A DNA stretch of 64,000 nucleotides from Raja brachyura (taxonomy: Eukaryota): positions 63,488,001-63,552,000 of the forward strand of contig OY740790.1 in the NCBI GenBank assembly GCA_963514005.1, read 5' to 3'. The notes beneath the pieces were generated by a model, which was not told where the DNA came from, ran no database searches, and worked only from the letters and a program-made list of their open reading frames with translations. A program made the position numbers and the translations under genes. This document shows, piece by piece, positions 13,573 through 27,249 of the stretch (position 1 is its first letter; every line of letters begins with the position of its first letter).

Positions 13573-15140
13573 ATAGAAACATAGAAACAAAGAAATTAGG
13601 TGCAGGAGTAGGCCATTCGGCCCTTCGAACCTGCACCGCCATTCAATATGATCATGGCTGATCATCCAACTCAGTATCCCGTACCTGCCTTCTCTCCATA
13701 CCCTCTGATCCCCTTAGCCACAAGGGCCACTAACTCCCTCTTAAATATAGCCAATGAACTGGCCTCAACTACCCTCTGTGGCAGAGAGTTCCAGAGACCC
13801 ACCACACTGTGTGTGAAAAAAGTCCTTCTCATCTCGGTCCTAAAGGATTTCCCCCTTATCCTTAAGCTGTGACCCCTTGTCCTGGACCTCCACAAAATCG
13901 GGAACAATCTTCCTGCATCTAGCCTGTCCAACCCCTTAAGAATTTTGTAAGTTTCTATAAGATCGCCTCTCAATCTCCTAAATTCTAGAGTATAAACCGA
14001 GTCTATGCAGTCTCTGTTCATAAGACAGTCCTGACATCCCAGGAATCAGTCTGGTGAACCTTCTCTGCACTCCCTCTATGGCAATAATGTCCTTCCTCAG
14101 ATTTGGAGACCAGAACTGTACGCAATACTCCAGGTGTGGTCTCACCAAGACCCTATACAACTGAAGTAGAACCTCCCTGCTCCTATACTCAAATCCTTTT
14201 GCTATGAAAGCTAACATACCATTCGCTTTCTTCTCTGCCTGCTGCACCTGCATGCCTACTTTCAATGACTGGTGTACCATGACACGCAGGTCGCACTGCA
14301 TCTACCCTTTTCCTAATCGGCCTCCATTTAGATAATAGTCTGTTTTCCTATTTTTGCCACCAAAGTGGATAACCTCACATTTATCCACATTATACTGCAT
14401 CTGCCAAACATTTGCCCACTCACCCAGCCTATCCAAGTCACCTTGCAGTCTCCTAGCATCCTCCTCACAGCTAACACTGCCCCCCAGCTTAGTGTCATCC
14501 GCAAACTTGGAGATATTGCCTTCAATTCCCTCAGCCAGATCTTTAATGCATATTGTAAATTGCTGGGGTCCCAGCACTGAGCCTTGCGGTACCCCACTAG
14601 TCACTGCCTGCCATTGTGAAAACGACCAGTTTGCTCCTACTCTTTGCTTCCTGTTTGCCAGCCAGTTCTCTATCCACATCAATACTGAACCCCCAATGCC
14701 ATATGCTTTAAGTTTATATACTAACCTCTTATGTGGGACCTTGTCGAAAGCCTTCTGGAAGTCCAGATACACCACATCCACTGGTTCTCCCCTATCCACG
14801 CTACTAGTTGCATCCTCGAAAAATTCCACAAGATTCGTCAGACATGATTTACCTTTCGTAAATCCATGCTGACTTTGTCCAATGATTTCACCACTTTCCA
14901 AATGTGCTGCTATCCCATCTTTAATAACTGACTCTAGCAGTTTCCCCACTACCGATGTTAGACTAACTGGTCTGTAATTCCCCGTTTTCTCTCTCCCCCA
15001 CTCCTTCTTAAAAAGAGGGGTTACGTTTGCTACCCCTCCAATCCTCAGGAACTACTCCAGAATCTAAAGAGTTTTGAAAGATTATCACTAATGCATCCAC
15101 TATTCCGGAGCTACTTCCTTAAGTACTCTGGGATGCAGCC
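13573..15140 (-). mobile_element. CR1-type LINE, young 5'-truncated copy
   Basis: ORFs 14302..14949, 13978..14301 and 13671..14021 give the RT domain through the C-terminus. Tail appears as ATAGAAACATAGAAAC at 13573. Confidence 0.95.
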
Positions 15141-18100
15141 TGTTCCAATAATGGAAACATTGCTGAGAGAAGGTGAGAGTGGTAAATCTGTATTCGAAGG
15201 TGATGATGCAACAGGCATGACAGAAGTATAGGTATGAGAGGAGAGGATGATTGATGAGGGGGGACTTAACAGTAGTGAAAAGAAGATATTCAATAAGATC
15301 TTTAAGGTTCTTAAAGATAGCGGAGTCAGCGGATATGGGGAGAAGGCAGGAACAGGGTACCGATTGGGACTGATCACATTGAATGGCGGTGCTGGCTCGA
15401 AGGGTCGAATGGCCTACTCCTGCACCTACAGTTTATAATATATTTAATAGAGGCTATACTTGGGGAAAATCCACGAATACCAGTACAGTTAAATGGATGG
15501 AACTTGGAAACAATGGGTTAATCACTTTGATGGGACTGTATGGCAAGCCTCCTTCAGGATTCAGTGGGAATTAGAATAGCTAATGTGAAGGGAGTTTGCA
15601 GATAGCTACAAGAATAATAGGTCTCTCAATATTGAGACCCCTCAATATTGACTGGACCCATCCTAAGGCAAAGGGCTTGGATGGAATTTGTTACACGTGC
15701 CCAATTAAGCTACTTTGATCAACTACTAGAGAGAGAACTACTAGAGGTCTTTATCAACTACTAGAGAGAGAACTTCTAGAGGAATTTACTAGAGAGAACA
15801 ACGCCATTTACCAGTATCTTGGTAACTGACTTAATCTGAGCTCCGATGCAATATATATTGAATATTTCATTAGTTAGTGCTTATAATAAATGGATCGTCC
15901 ATTGAGGTGTGCATCAACATGGCAAGGTGCTACACAAACCAAACCAAAGATAGAGACAAAATGCTGGAGTAACTCAGCAGGACAGGCAGCATCTTTGGGT
16001 AGAAGGAATGGGTGACATTTCAGGTCAGCCTGAAGAAGGGTCTCGACCTAAAACGTCATCCATTCCTTCTATCCAGAGATGCTGCCTGTCCTGCTGAGTT
16101 AGTCCAGCATTTTGATTCTATCTTCGGGACATTTGTCTTGCTGTGTTGATAAATACACACTGCTGGGATTAGATCTGCAGAATTGAGGAAGAAAAAGAGC
16201 TTTTCTGGTTAAATAATGGCATGGGGCAAGAACAGTTAACTAGTGAAAGCTGAGACACTGCACAAATTAACTCACTGGTGGGAAGTTGTGAAGTTATTAA
16301 AAAAAAACCAGGAACAATGAATTGAGAAAAATGTTTGGAGTAGTTCAATGACGAGGTGATTTCTAAATTTAAGGAAGAGAACTTATGCTAAACAACAAAC
16401 GCATATTTAAGATGGAATAGAGAAAATATGTGAACATTTTGATTTTCAAATGCACTCTGGCCAACCTGCTGTGTTGACACAATTAATTTCTGTGTTTGCA
16501 GTCAAGACTTTTTATTACTACATGCAGGCAATACCGACGAGCCCAGAATTAAAAAATAAAGAACTGCAGATTCTGGAATCTTGAGCAAAAAACACAAAAT
16601 GCTGGAGTAACTCAGGGGGCCTGCAGCATCTTTGGAGTACATGTTGCAATCCTACTTGACCAGAATTTATTGCCCATTTCCAGCCGCCCTCAAGGTGGTG
16701 ATGATGAGCAGTTTCCATCGCAGTACCCATGCTGTGTCTTGTGTTAGGTAATTTGAGGATTCTGACCCAACACCTAAAATTAATATATCGACTTTTAAGT
16801 CACCGGTTCCAGATGGCAAGTTAGATGGGAATCTGCAAATGGTTATGTTCCTGTGCCTGCACCTCATTCTCTTACTTGGTGGGAGGTAGTTGCAGGTTTG
16901 GAAAGATTCTATTGAAGCAGCCAGGGAAGTTACACTATTGCATGTTGTGACGGCAGGGAGTATTCAGTGTGGTGGATATAGTTTCAAGCGAGTTGCTTTG
17001 TCCCAGATCATTCCAGGGTACTTAAGGATTTCTGAAGCTGCACTCATCCAGGTGAGAATATGTTGTCATATAAGAAAATGCCTTAGAGTTGGTGCAAAAG
17101 GCTTTGGAAGGTTATTCACTTAAATACCTTCAACCTCTTCTTGGGTCCAGGTTATTTACAGTTTATCCAACTATTTTTCAGGTTAAACCAGCATCTGCGA
17201 CAAGGGAAAATGACTAGACTTTCCTGTTGGAGATCGTTATTGCCAGGCACGGACATTACTGAGCGTAAATCTTACAATCTTACTTGGACCATTTTGCAAT
17301 CTTACTTGGACCATTTTGACTTGTGACTGAAAGTTAACACTGCTTCATTCTGAAGTTCTGAAGGAAGGAAGGCCCTTGATGAAACTCCCAAAGATGGTTG
17401 GGTTTATAACACATTGCTGAAGAACTCCTACACTTTTCAAAGCTACATGATTTATTATTGAAGGAAACCCTTCATTAACAGAGGTTTCATTGGAATGCAT
17501 TGCATTATTTGTGAACATACTTAGTATTCTGCTAAGGACGGTGGTTAGCCATTCAAATAAACATGTCATCAAGCATCCATCTACACTGAATGCATTTTTT
17601 ATTCTCCCCACATTCCCTTCAACCCACCCCCCCCCCACAGTAAATATAGCAAAAAGAAAATACAGTAATAACAACTAACCAGCTGGAGAGGGGCAATAAA
17701 TTCTGACTGTCAGTAATGCCCACGTCATAATGAAAAGCATTATCTCAACTACAAATGCAGAATTTTAACTAACCAGGATACTTTAATGAGCTCTTTATGT
17801 ACATCAATATGCATCTTACAATTAGTTGCTTCATCACGTTTTAGACACAGAAATGCTGGAGTTATATGGACCTTGGTGAGAAGGCACCCAAGTAATATGT
17901 AGAGTTTCTATTTCCATAGCTGAAAATAGATATTTTCACTACAGAAGGAATGCAGCAAACATCTATTAGACTGCTTCCAGGAATGGCAAGTTTGTCGCTT
18001 GAGATATAGTAGACTAGGTCTGTATTCTCCAGAGTTTAAAATGATGAAAGGAGATCGCATTGAAACTAGAATTCTGATAGGACTCCACAGGTTGGATGCA

Positions 18101-18639
18101 GTGGAATATGTCAAAGCAGCAGAAGCCCACTTTGATACTCCATGAATGGTCTCCTCTACATGGAGGAACCAAAGGAAGATGGTATGACTGCATTGCAGCA
18201 CACCAGCAGCTGTCACCCAATTTGCCTTTGGTTCCTCCATGTAGAAAAGCCCATCTCCAAAATGTCAAAGTGATTCTTGACAGTTTGCAATTTCCATCTC
18301 AGAATTCTTTTGTCTGCAATGGAAACAGAGTTAGCATTTGCAGGTCACTATAATTTTCCACCCGACACCCACTCTGATAGCATAATATTGGATCCTTTAA
18401 CCAGACTGGTTTATTTGCGACTCCCGAGCCATCCATATGATCGAGTTCTAGCAGCCTCTTCAGTTGCAGGGATTGACAATTGAGTCAGAGTAATAGACAT
18501 GCAGCACAGAAACTGCCTTAACAGCCAACTGAATCCATGACGAACATCCACAGCCAGTTTTTCACTGTGCTCCCCACATTCCCATCTAAATCCACCACTC
18601 AGCCACATACCAAGGGCAAATTACACTGGCAAAAGAAAC

Positions 18640-18795
18640 TACCAACTCTCAAATTAGTAATGTGGGAGGAAACCAGAGTACCCAGAGGAAACCCAGATAA
18701 TCACAAGCAGAAAGTGCAAGCTCCACACAGAGTGCTGGAGGTCAGGAGTGAACTTGGGTGTGTGGAGCTGTGAGACAGCAGCTCCAGCCATGCCA
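18640..18795 (-). mobile_element. V-SINE fragment
   Basis: TGTGGGAGGAAACCAGAGTACCCAGAGGAAACCCA...TGCAAGCTCCACACAG is the reverse complement of the V-domain. Confidence 0.7.
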
Positions 18796-19390
18796 CAGTC
18801 CAGAGTACTGCTGCCATTGATAGTGACGTTCATTTCACATGATCGGATATGTTTCCTGCTCTCATCTGGCAGAAAGTACAGAAGCTTGAAAGCACGCACA
18901 CCCGGCTTAACAGTTTCTTCCCATGGTATCAGGCTTCTGAATGGTCCTTCCAAAAGGTAGGTTACTGTCCAATTCACCTCTAATCCATTGTGGACATTGG
19001 ACTTTGTCTATTGAACTGGTGCATTACATTACTGAGAACTATTCTACACTCTATCTTCCCCTTTGCTCTATCTATTGTACTTGAGTATGACTTAATTGCA
19101 TTTATGTATATTGTGCCTGATCTGTTTGGATAGCTTGCAAAACAAAGCTTGCGACAATAATAAACCTAAACCCAAGCAAAACAATGTGGCAGTTAACAAA
19201 ACACAGTTAATCATAACTCCACAAAAAAAACCAATCTATTATCGAGGAAAGATTTTCTCAAAGCTAACTTAGGGCATGAACGTAGAGGGCCTGAAAGCAA
19301 TGGATTTAAGAAAATTAAAAGTGAACATTTCTATGAATTTCAAGCTTATCAAGAATTTCAATGCCTACTATACACAGAAAAAAATGTTAC

Positions 19391-19487
19391 CTTGTGAAAA
19401 AACTTGCAATAATCCTTCTTCAGAACATGCAAGACGACTGCTTTCAGCCCATCCAAGTTGTACATATCTGCTAACAAAAGGATGGAA
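19391..19487 (-). CDS. BTBD8: BTBD8-family coding exon 7
   Basis: ctcttcttcag| ... AAG|gtaac, 97 nt. Peptide SILLLADMYNLDGLKAVVLHVLKKDYCKFFHK. Confidence 0.93.
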
Positions 19488-20921
19488 CTGAAGAAGAGGA
19501 AAATGTTGAGTTAGCGCTAAGATTTACTTAATTTATCACTTTGCTTTCAGGTCTGTGTTTGTGAGCCATCATCATTGCAGAAGCTATTCCTACAGTTAGG
19601 AGCTTGTGGAATGGTAGCTGTACACAGCACAAAATTTGCTTCTGTGGTCAACACATTAATAACCATGTTTGAAAAGCAAAAACAGGGCTCTTCCTTTGAC
19701 TGTAGAATTGATTACCAGCACAACAACCACTAGAATTCAGAATCGATATTCGGGAATTATCGTCAGATTGCTATTAGTAATGTTGCAAAGGCTCAAGCAG
19801 TCAAAAAGGTCTCCTTGTTGCCATTAAAACCAGACATGGAACCAATTTTCAGCAGCATTTATAGAAAACGGGCAACTATTCTGACATTTTGCTATTAAAA
19901 ATGAAATCAAGCCAGAGAATAATAGGCATTTGATCCAATATCATCCACTTCGTGCCACTGCAAATTAATAAAAAAACTCCTCTTAAAACTTCTGATTTCC
20001 AGCATCAATCAATACTTCACTAAAAATCTTAATTTAAACATTTTACTACCCCAACTTTATAGGTTGAACTCATGTCGACTTCTCTCTTGCCTGTGGCACA
20101 GCCAACTTGTAGATTATTCAGAAACACAGAACTGTACTTGCTGGTTTAAAAAAATATATTCATTCTGATTCTGAAATTATCAACTTCTTATAGAGAATGG
20201 TTCAAGATGGGTGAAAATTATTCGAGGCAACTTTTAAACAGAAACATTTCCCACAACAGAGCAAAATAATTTTCTTTAAAGCATTTTTACAACTATATTT
20301 TTCATACCAGGTGGCAATTAATCAATTGTTAGTTTACAAATCAGACACTGCCAATTCCAGAATGCCAATAATTTACTAAATCCAGACTGTAAATTTACAT
20401 GGGGTTCAAAACCATAAATGCTAAATCTAGGTGCATAACAGATCTGTTGACCATGCAAGTGGGAGAAAATTATCCGATTGATCTAGCTTCATTCTTGGAT
20501 TATTTTGTGGGCTCTTCCTCTGCAATTCTTCATCCTGTATTTTATGGCTAACTAAATTCCTTAATCCAAACCCCGAAATTTAGCCTAACCGAAAATCCCA
20601 AGATTATTCCCCAAATTTATAATCCTAACTAATCCTACTAGTTCCTAAAATCTAAGCATCACCGCACGAAATATTCATTCTTGTTCATGACTGCCCTTTC
20701 AATTACATTTACCACTTGCCTTGAATTCTCCAACATAATCCCAATTGCCTGCAAACTCAAACCAACCAGTGCACAAAAAACATTAAAAAGGAGCGAAAAA
20801 TGAATAGACATGCTTTTATTGGTGAGGAATTAATTAAGTTTCACAGCAAGATCTCCAAGGTAAACTACAAAGATATACTTCAAAGATCACACTTAAATCA
20901 ATGAAATAATAACATACTTAC

Positions 20922-21002
20922 CACGGGAAAATTCCTCTTGGCAAGTCTAAAATGGCCCCATATATAAAGTTCATCATGACGCCCATCTCCACATGGTTCA
21001 CA
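20922..21002 (-). CDS. BTBD8: BTBD8-family coding exon 6 (BTB2)
   Basis: gtttacag| ... |gtaagt, 81 nt. Peptide VNHVEMGVMMNFIYGAILDLPRGIFP. Confidence 0.93.
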
Positions 21003-22940
21003 CTGTAAACAATTATATATTTATAAATCTACTGAAAAGCTACTGGAACAGTGAAGACAATTTACAAACAAAAATCAGCCTGGGAATAAAATGAACAATA
21101 GATCCACCATCAACCAATTTGGGCCACTGCCAATAAACATAAATTCACCTTTATACCCGTTTCAGATTTCTAGCACCAATAAAAATGAATGACAAATTGG
21201 AAAGTTTCTAATGTTTCTTTAAGTTAACAAGGCAAGGATGAAAAAAAATCTATTCTCTCACACATCACTTTCACAAAACAAAAAGTGCAAGATAGACAAC
21301 TTGTTCTTTAGACCATCAGTACAAACCCAAATTCTTAATTGATAATGAGAAATGTGCACACATATCTTCTTCAGTCACCATGAGACTCTTGATCAACTGG
21401 TGCAGCTATCAAAGAATCCCACTTTGTAATTCAATGACTTTTTACATAGTGGACGAATGTGGATACCATTGGCACTATTGGATAGCATTGTTCCTGACAT
21501 GCAATGAAGCGCCACCAATATTGGTGGGTCCGAGCTGCAACTGTGTGGACATTCAATTCAATTCAATTCAAGTTTAATGTCATTGCACAAATACAAGTAT
21601 AGGTACAACGAAATGCAGTTTAGCGTCATTCGTAGTGATAGCGATATAGAAAAATAAATACAGAGTGCAGTGGTAGCAGTACGGAAAATAAATAAATACA
21701 GGGTACAGACAAGTCTATCAGCTGGGCTCTGAGTTCAGCAGTCTGATGGTGTAGTTGAAGAAGCTGTTCTTCGTCCTACTGGTGCGGGACCTGAGGCTCC
21801 TGTACCGCCTCCCTGATGGGAGGAGGGCAAACAGTCCATGATTAGGGTGTGAGGGGTCCTTCATGATCTTCCCGGCCCGCTTCAGGCACCGTTTTCGGTG
21901 GAGGGCATCCAAGGCAGGGAGCGGGGCACCGATGATGTACTGGGCGGTTTTCACCACCCGTTGTAGTGCCTTCCTGTCTGCCACGGTGCAACTGCTGTAC
22001 CATACCGTAAAGCAGGTGGTCAGGATGCTTTCGACGGTGCAGCGGTAGAAGTTCGTTAGGATCTGGGGGGACAGGTGGGCTTTTTTGAGCCTCCTCAGAA
22101 AATAAAGGCGCTGCTGTGCCTTTTTGATTAGCTTTGAGGTGTTGAGGGACCAGGACAGATCCTCCGAGATGTGTACCCCGAGGAATTTGTAGTTGGAGCC
22201 CGCTCCACCTCAGTCCCGTTTATATGGATGGGGGGGGGGTGTCTGCCCCCTCTGTTCTTCCGAAAGTCAACAATTATTTCCTTTGTCTTCTGCGAGTTGA
22301 GGACGAGGTTATTGTTGGCACACCAGGTAGTCAGGTGCTGGACCTCCTCCCTGTAGGCTGATTCGTCATTATCACTGATCAGTCCTACCACCGTGGTGCC
22401 ATCGGCAAATTTTATGATGGCGTTGGAGCCATACTTGGCGATGCAGTCATGCGTGAAGAGGGAGTAGAGGAGAGGGCTGAGCACACAGCCCTGTGGCACG
22501 CCAGTGTTCAGTGTTATAGTGGAGGAGGTGAGGTTGTTGACCCTAACAGACTGTGGTCTGTTAGTAAGGAAATCCAGTGTCCAATTGCAGAGGGAGGTGG
22601 AGATGCCAAGACCGCTGAGTTTGGTGATCAAGCTAGCGGGTATGACAGTGTTAAAGGCAGAGCTGAAGTCAATAAACAGCAGCCTGATGTAGGTGTTGTT
22701 GCTGTCCAGGTGGGTCAGGGCAGAGTGTAGGGCCGCCGATATGGTGTCCTCTGTAGACCTGTTTGTCCGGTAGGCAAATTGGTGGGAGTCCAGTGTGGGG
22801 GGGGAGGCTGGCTTTGAGGTGAGCCAGGATCAGCCGCTCAAAGCACTTAGCGATGACAGGGGTGAGTGCCACTGGCCGGTAGTCGTTGAGACTCCCTGTC
22901 GCTGATTGTTTGGGCACTGGCACAATGGTAGATGTCTTGA

Positions 22941-23067
22941 TGTTAGAGAAGGAACTGCAGATGCTGGAGAATCGAGGGTTACACAAAAAGCTGGAGAAAC
23001 TCAGCGGGTGCAGCAGCATCTAAGGAGCGAAGGAGATAGGCGACGTTTCGGGTCGAGACCCTTCTTC
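22941..23067 (-). mobile_element. Penelope terminal-repeat insertion inside the Rex1 LINE
   Basis: Flanked by the direct repeat AGATGTCTTGA (22930-22940 and 23068-23078). About 95 bp are identical by eye to 49925-50020 at the end of a Penelope element. Confidence 0.85.
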
Positions 23068-23069
23068 AG
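23042..23069 (-). ncRNA. Minimal hammerhead ribozyme core (Penelope-type), intact
   Basis: Minus strand reads CTGAAGA-A-GGGT-CTCG-ACCC-GAAA-CGTC: CUGANGA box, stem II, GAAA box, palindromic ACGU stem III and a GUC cleavage triplet. Confidence 0.65.
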
Positions 23070-23583
23070 ATGTCTTGAGGCAGGTGGGGACGACACCCTG
23101 GGCCAGTGACAGATTGAAAATGTCAGTGAGGACCAGGGATAGTTGTCCAACACATGCCCTGAGCACCCGCCCGGGGATGCCATCGGGGCCGGCAGCTTTG
23201 TGCTCATTCACCTTGCTCAGTGCGTCTTGTACAGCAGAGGTGGAGAGACTGAGGGGTTGTTCATTCGGGGGTGGATCAACTTTGATGGCTGGAATTTTGT
23301 TGTCCCGGTCAAAGCGAGCATAGAAGTGGTTTAGCTCATTAGGGAGGGTGGCGTTGTCCGGGGAGGGGGGGGGGTGTTGATTTTATGGTAGTCGGCAATG
23401 GACTTAATTGCTTGCCACATGCGCCTGGGGTCAGAGTTGTTTCGGAAATGCTCCTCAATCCGCTGTTTGTGATTGAGTTTAGCATTCCTAATTCCCTTTT
23501 TCAGATTGGCCCTGGATGAGCTGTATCCCTCATGATAGACAAAATTCCTTGAAAGGCATTAATGAACCAGATGGTTTCTTATA

Positions 23584-23870
23584 AGGCAGCGCAGTGGCGC
23601 AGCTGGTACAGCTGCTACCACATAGCTCCAGAGATCCAGGTTTGATCCTGACCTTGGGAATCTGTGCAGAGATTGCATGTTCACCTCGTGATTGTGTGGG
23701 TTTCCTCAGGGTGCTCCAGTTTCCTTCCCAAAGACATGTGGGATTGTAGGTTAGCTGGCTTCTAAATTAAGTGTCTATGAAGTGGATGCAAAAGTGGGAT
23801 AGCATAGAACTAGTGTGATGGGGTGATCGATGTCCATGTCCGAAGGGCACATTTCCATGCAGTGTCTCTA
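23584..23870 (+). mobile_element. V-SINE (HE1-like)
   Basis: A-box TGGCGCAGCTGG, B-box-like GGTTTGATCC, V-domain GTGGGTTTCCTCAGGGTGCTCCAGTTTCC. Confidence 0.8.
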
Positions 23871-25736
23871 TGAAACAAATCTGAACAATTCTCGACTCGA
23901 AACGTCACCTAGTCCTTCTCTCCAGAAATGCTGCCTGTCCTGCTGAGTTACTCCAGCTTTGTGTTTATCTCTGGTAGTTTCATGATTAGTGTGACTGAGA
24001 GTAGCTTTATTTTCAGACATGATTAATTTGATTTAAATTTCCCAGCTGCCATGGTTAAATTTAAACTCATCCCTGAAACAGCAATTGATAAATCTGGCTG
24101 TTGGTGGAGCAACTTAATCAGTTTGCCATCATAGCCCCAAGCGTACTTTCAAACCACCAACTGATTTCCTCCACAAAGTGCTGGAGGAACTTAGCGGGTC
24201 AGGTAGCATCCGTGGAGGGAATGGACAGGCGACATTTTAGAACAGGACCTGTTTTTCAACCAGAGACTGAAGAAGGATCCCGATCCAAAATGTCGCCTTT
24301 CCATTCCCTCCACAGTTGCTTCCTGACCCATTGAGTTCCTCCAGCACTTTGTGTTTTGCTCAAAATTTCACCATCCATAATTTCTTACGTCACCACATAA
24401 ATGTACATCCACAAAATACCCATGTTCCTTACAAAAAGTCAATGAATTAAAATATTTCTATTAATAAACATGTGATGCGTTCTGCCGTTAAATACTAATG
24501 ATTCACAAATTAGGGTTCTGTTCCCTGGAAGTTAGAAGTCGAGAGATGATTTAATTAATGCCTTAAACATTTAAAAAAAAAAGGAATTGATGAGGGGAAC
24601 TGCGAAAAACTAGGTCACTAGAGGGCCTGGTCTAAAAGTTACAGCCAAGTCCTTTGGTGTGCAGGTGGGAAAGACGTCATTACCGAGTAAGAAACAGAAG
24701 TTCTACTTTATACAAATGACAACTGATGCAAAATCAATCATTAATTGTATGGCAGATATTGAGAGGCTTTTGTTAAACAAAGAAAATCTAGGATATGGTG
24801 CACAAATGGGCATAAGTTTGATCATTGATCAGGAGCCGAACATTTAAAAATGTTCCTAAATCTGCATCACATTGATTATGCAGTTTTCTATTTGTGATTA
24901 AACTTTCAACCTCACAGTTTGTTATCTTCTGCCCAGAGCCAACACTTTGAAACTGAAATTTAGATTGCATGGACAAAACTACTTAAGAATTCAAGTATAT
25001 TTCTGAATATCTTTAAAATAAAATTAAACTGCTTCTGTGAGTTCCTTTTGCTCAAAGCAAAATGCAAATGCAGTACTAATGATACCCTAATGAATGTATT
25101 TATATAAAAAGCCATTTCATTTCATTTCCATGACTGATTTATCTCTGATGGTTATTAGGTCATTTACAAATTAGGACGTTTGATGCCAAAATGCACTCCA
25201 GTTCGCAAAATAATAATTGTACATTTTATTTCATACTTGGGATGTTTTTTCATGAAATCCTGAAATATTACAGAAAGGAATGAAATGTGACAGGAGGCAA
25301 TGAAGTCATTGGCATGCACCAAGATCTCTATGACGAGATACTAAAAGTGATTTACATTTTTACTGTTGACCAGCAAAGGTGTGGGCCCTTCAGCCCATCT
25401 ATATTAATTCCATTTGCCTAACTGGGCCTGCGTCAGTCTACGCCTTGACTATTTACATTCCTGTCAAAATGTCTCTTTAAATTTAGACAGTAAATTAAAT
25501 ACTGTATTCAATTCCAACACTTCCTTTGGCAGCGAGTTCCAGATATCAACCACTAAAAAAAAATCCTTTTAAAAATCCTTCCTATCATCTTAAAACAATG
25601 TCTTGATTTTGAAATCCCTACAATGGGAACTTGATTCTATCTACCCTTTTATATACCTTGATCAGGTTACCTCTCAATCTCCAGCAAGAATAAACCCAGA
25701 CTATCCAATCTCTCCCTGTAACTCAAGTTTTCGAAT

Positions 25737-26390
25737 GGGCCTGTCCCACTTCGATGATTTCTCAGGCGACTGCCGGCGACTGTCAAGTCGTAGTCAGTTG
25801 CTGAAAATCCAGCGACTGGAACGGCAACTGTCAGAGTGGAACACACAAACACACACACATCGCTTCCTTCACCAGCCAGTTATGCAGGCGGGAGACAGGG
25901 CTAGCAGGGGGAGCACTGTCTGGGTGAAATTCACATGGTTCAAAGCCAATGTGATAGAGACACACACCACAATGAGCAGGAAGGTTGGCGCTGTAATTAA
26001 GTCGGTGAAAGCACAATGTACAGGAAGGGTCAATTCCTTTAAAAGAGGGGGGGAGAGGTGGGAGAAGGGGTGGGGAGGAGTAGAGACATCTTTTAAGAAG
26101 CCAGGGATACACAGCTGTGAAGCTCAGCGGACATTAACATTACCGGTGGGTTATCCTTGGTTATGAAAACTGCTGTTAACATTTTTTTTCCCCCAATGAG
26201 CCAGTGAAATTCACCGGTCAGCACCGGCGACAACCCACGATCTCCTGGCAACCCACTACCACTGTACCTACGGCTACTCTCCATGGCAGCTTCATTCTGG
26301 TCGCCGCTAATTTTTCAACGTTGAAAAATTAGCGGCAACAAGAATGCAGGAACTATTCACAACCATGAAAGCGACTCCCCAGCAACCACC
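25737..26390 (+). mobile_element. Truncated Harbinger-like non-autonomous DNA element
   Basis: Begins GGGCCTGTCCCACTT, the same terminus as the MITE at 28051. Internal GGCGAC repeats; no right TIR seen. Confidence 0.55.
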
Positions 26391-26767
26391 TGGACAAGGC
26401 TGGAGTAATTCAGTGGGATAGGCAGCATTTCTGGAGAATAAGAAAAGGTGACATTTCAGGTCATAACACTTCATAAGACCGAGGAATACTCCAAGTGTAG
26501 TCCAATCAGTGTTCTGTAAAAAAGTTGCAACATGACGTCCCATATTTCAATTCCCATGCCTCAATCTAAGGTGGCAAAAGCAGGCCTTATGCCTCCTTCA
26601 CTAACCTATCTACCCATAATCAAAGATAGACACAAAATGCTCGAGTAACTCACTCGTGTGAAGAAGGGTCTCGACCAGAAACATCACCAATTTCTTCTCT
26701 CCAGAGATGCTGCCTGTCCCACTGAGTTACTCCAGCATTTTATGTCTATCTTCGATTTAAACCAGCA

Positions 26768-27249
26768 TGATTCCTGGGATGTCAGGACTTTCATATGAGG
26801 AAAGATTGGATAGACTCGGCTTGTACTCGCTGGAATTTAGAAGATTGAGGGGGGATCTTATAGAAACTTACAAAATTCTTAAGGGGTTGGACAAGCTAGA
26901 TGCTGGAAGATTGTTCCCGATGTTGGGGGAGTCCAGAACAAGGGGTCACAGTCTAAGGATAAGGGGGAATTCCTTTAGGACCGAAATGAGGAAAACATTC
27001 TTTACACAGAGAGTCGTGAGTCTCTGGAATTCTCTGCCACAGAAGGTAGTTGAGGCCAGTTCATTGGCTATATTTAAGAGGGCGTTAGATGTGGCACTTG
27101 TGGCTAAAGGGATCAGGGGGTATGGAGAGAAGGCAGGTACAGGATACTGAGTTGGATGATCAGCCATGATCACATTGAATGGCGGTGCAGGCTCGAAGGG
27201 CTGAATGGCATACTCCTGCACCTATTTTCTATGTTTCTATGTTTCTATG
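26768..27249 (+). mobile_element. CR1 3' end inserted into a Penelope terminal repeat
   Basis: ORF 26767..27150 is the CR1 ORF2 C-terminus, with a (TTTCTATG)3 tail. It splits AAACCAGCAT|...|TGCAGTTC. Confidence 0.92.

Larger units (their letters stand above)
21552..23530 (-). mobile_element. Rex1/Babar-type LINE, 5'-truncated, with (TTGAA)n tail
   Basis: Peptides [85 protein letters not shown] repeats at 21551-21570. Confidence 0.92.

Noticed and set aside
14354-14872. Long plus-strand ORFs such as MPPKWITSHLSTLYCIC (also at 1318)
   Set aside because: Antisense shadows of the CR1 RT frame.
17275-17318. 22-bp tandem duplication, plus a small CTAGAGAGAGAA tandem at 15718-15800
   Set aside because: Ordinary slippage duplications with no spacers. 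Not CRISPR-like, and the DNA is eukaryotic.
23584-23660. tRNA-like sequence with A and B boxes (also near 6200 and 59710)
   Set aside because: These are SINE heads followed by a V-domain, with no complete cloverleaf, so they are not tRNA genes.
25603-26166. 187-aa ORF
   Set aside because: Runs across a CR1 remnant and a non-autonomous DNA element, with no transposase or other motif.
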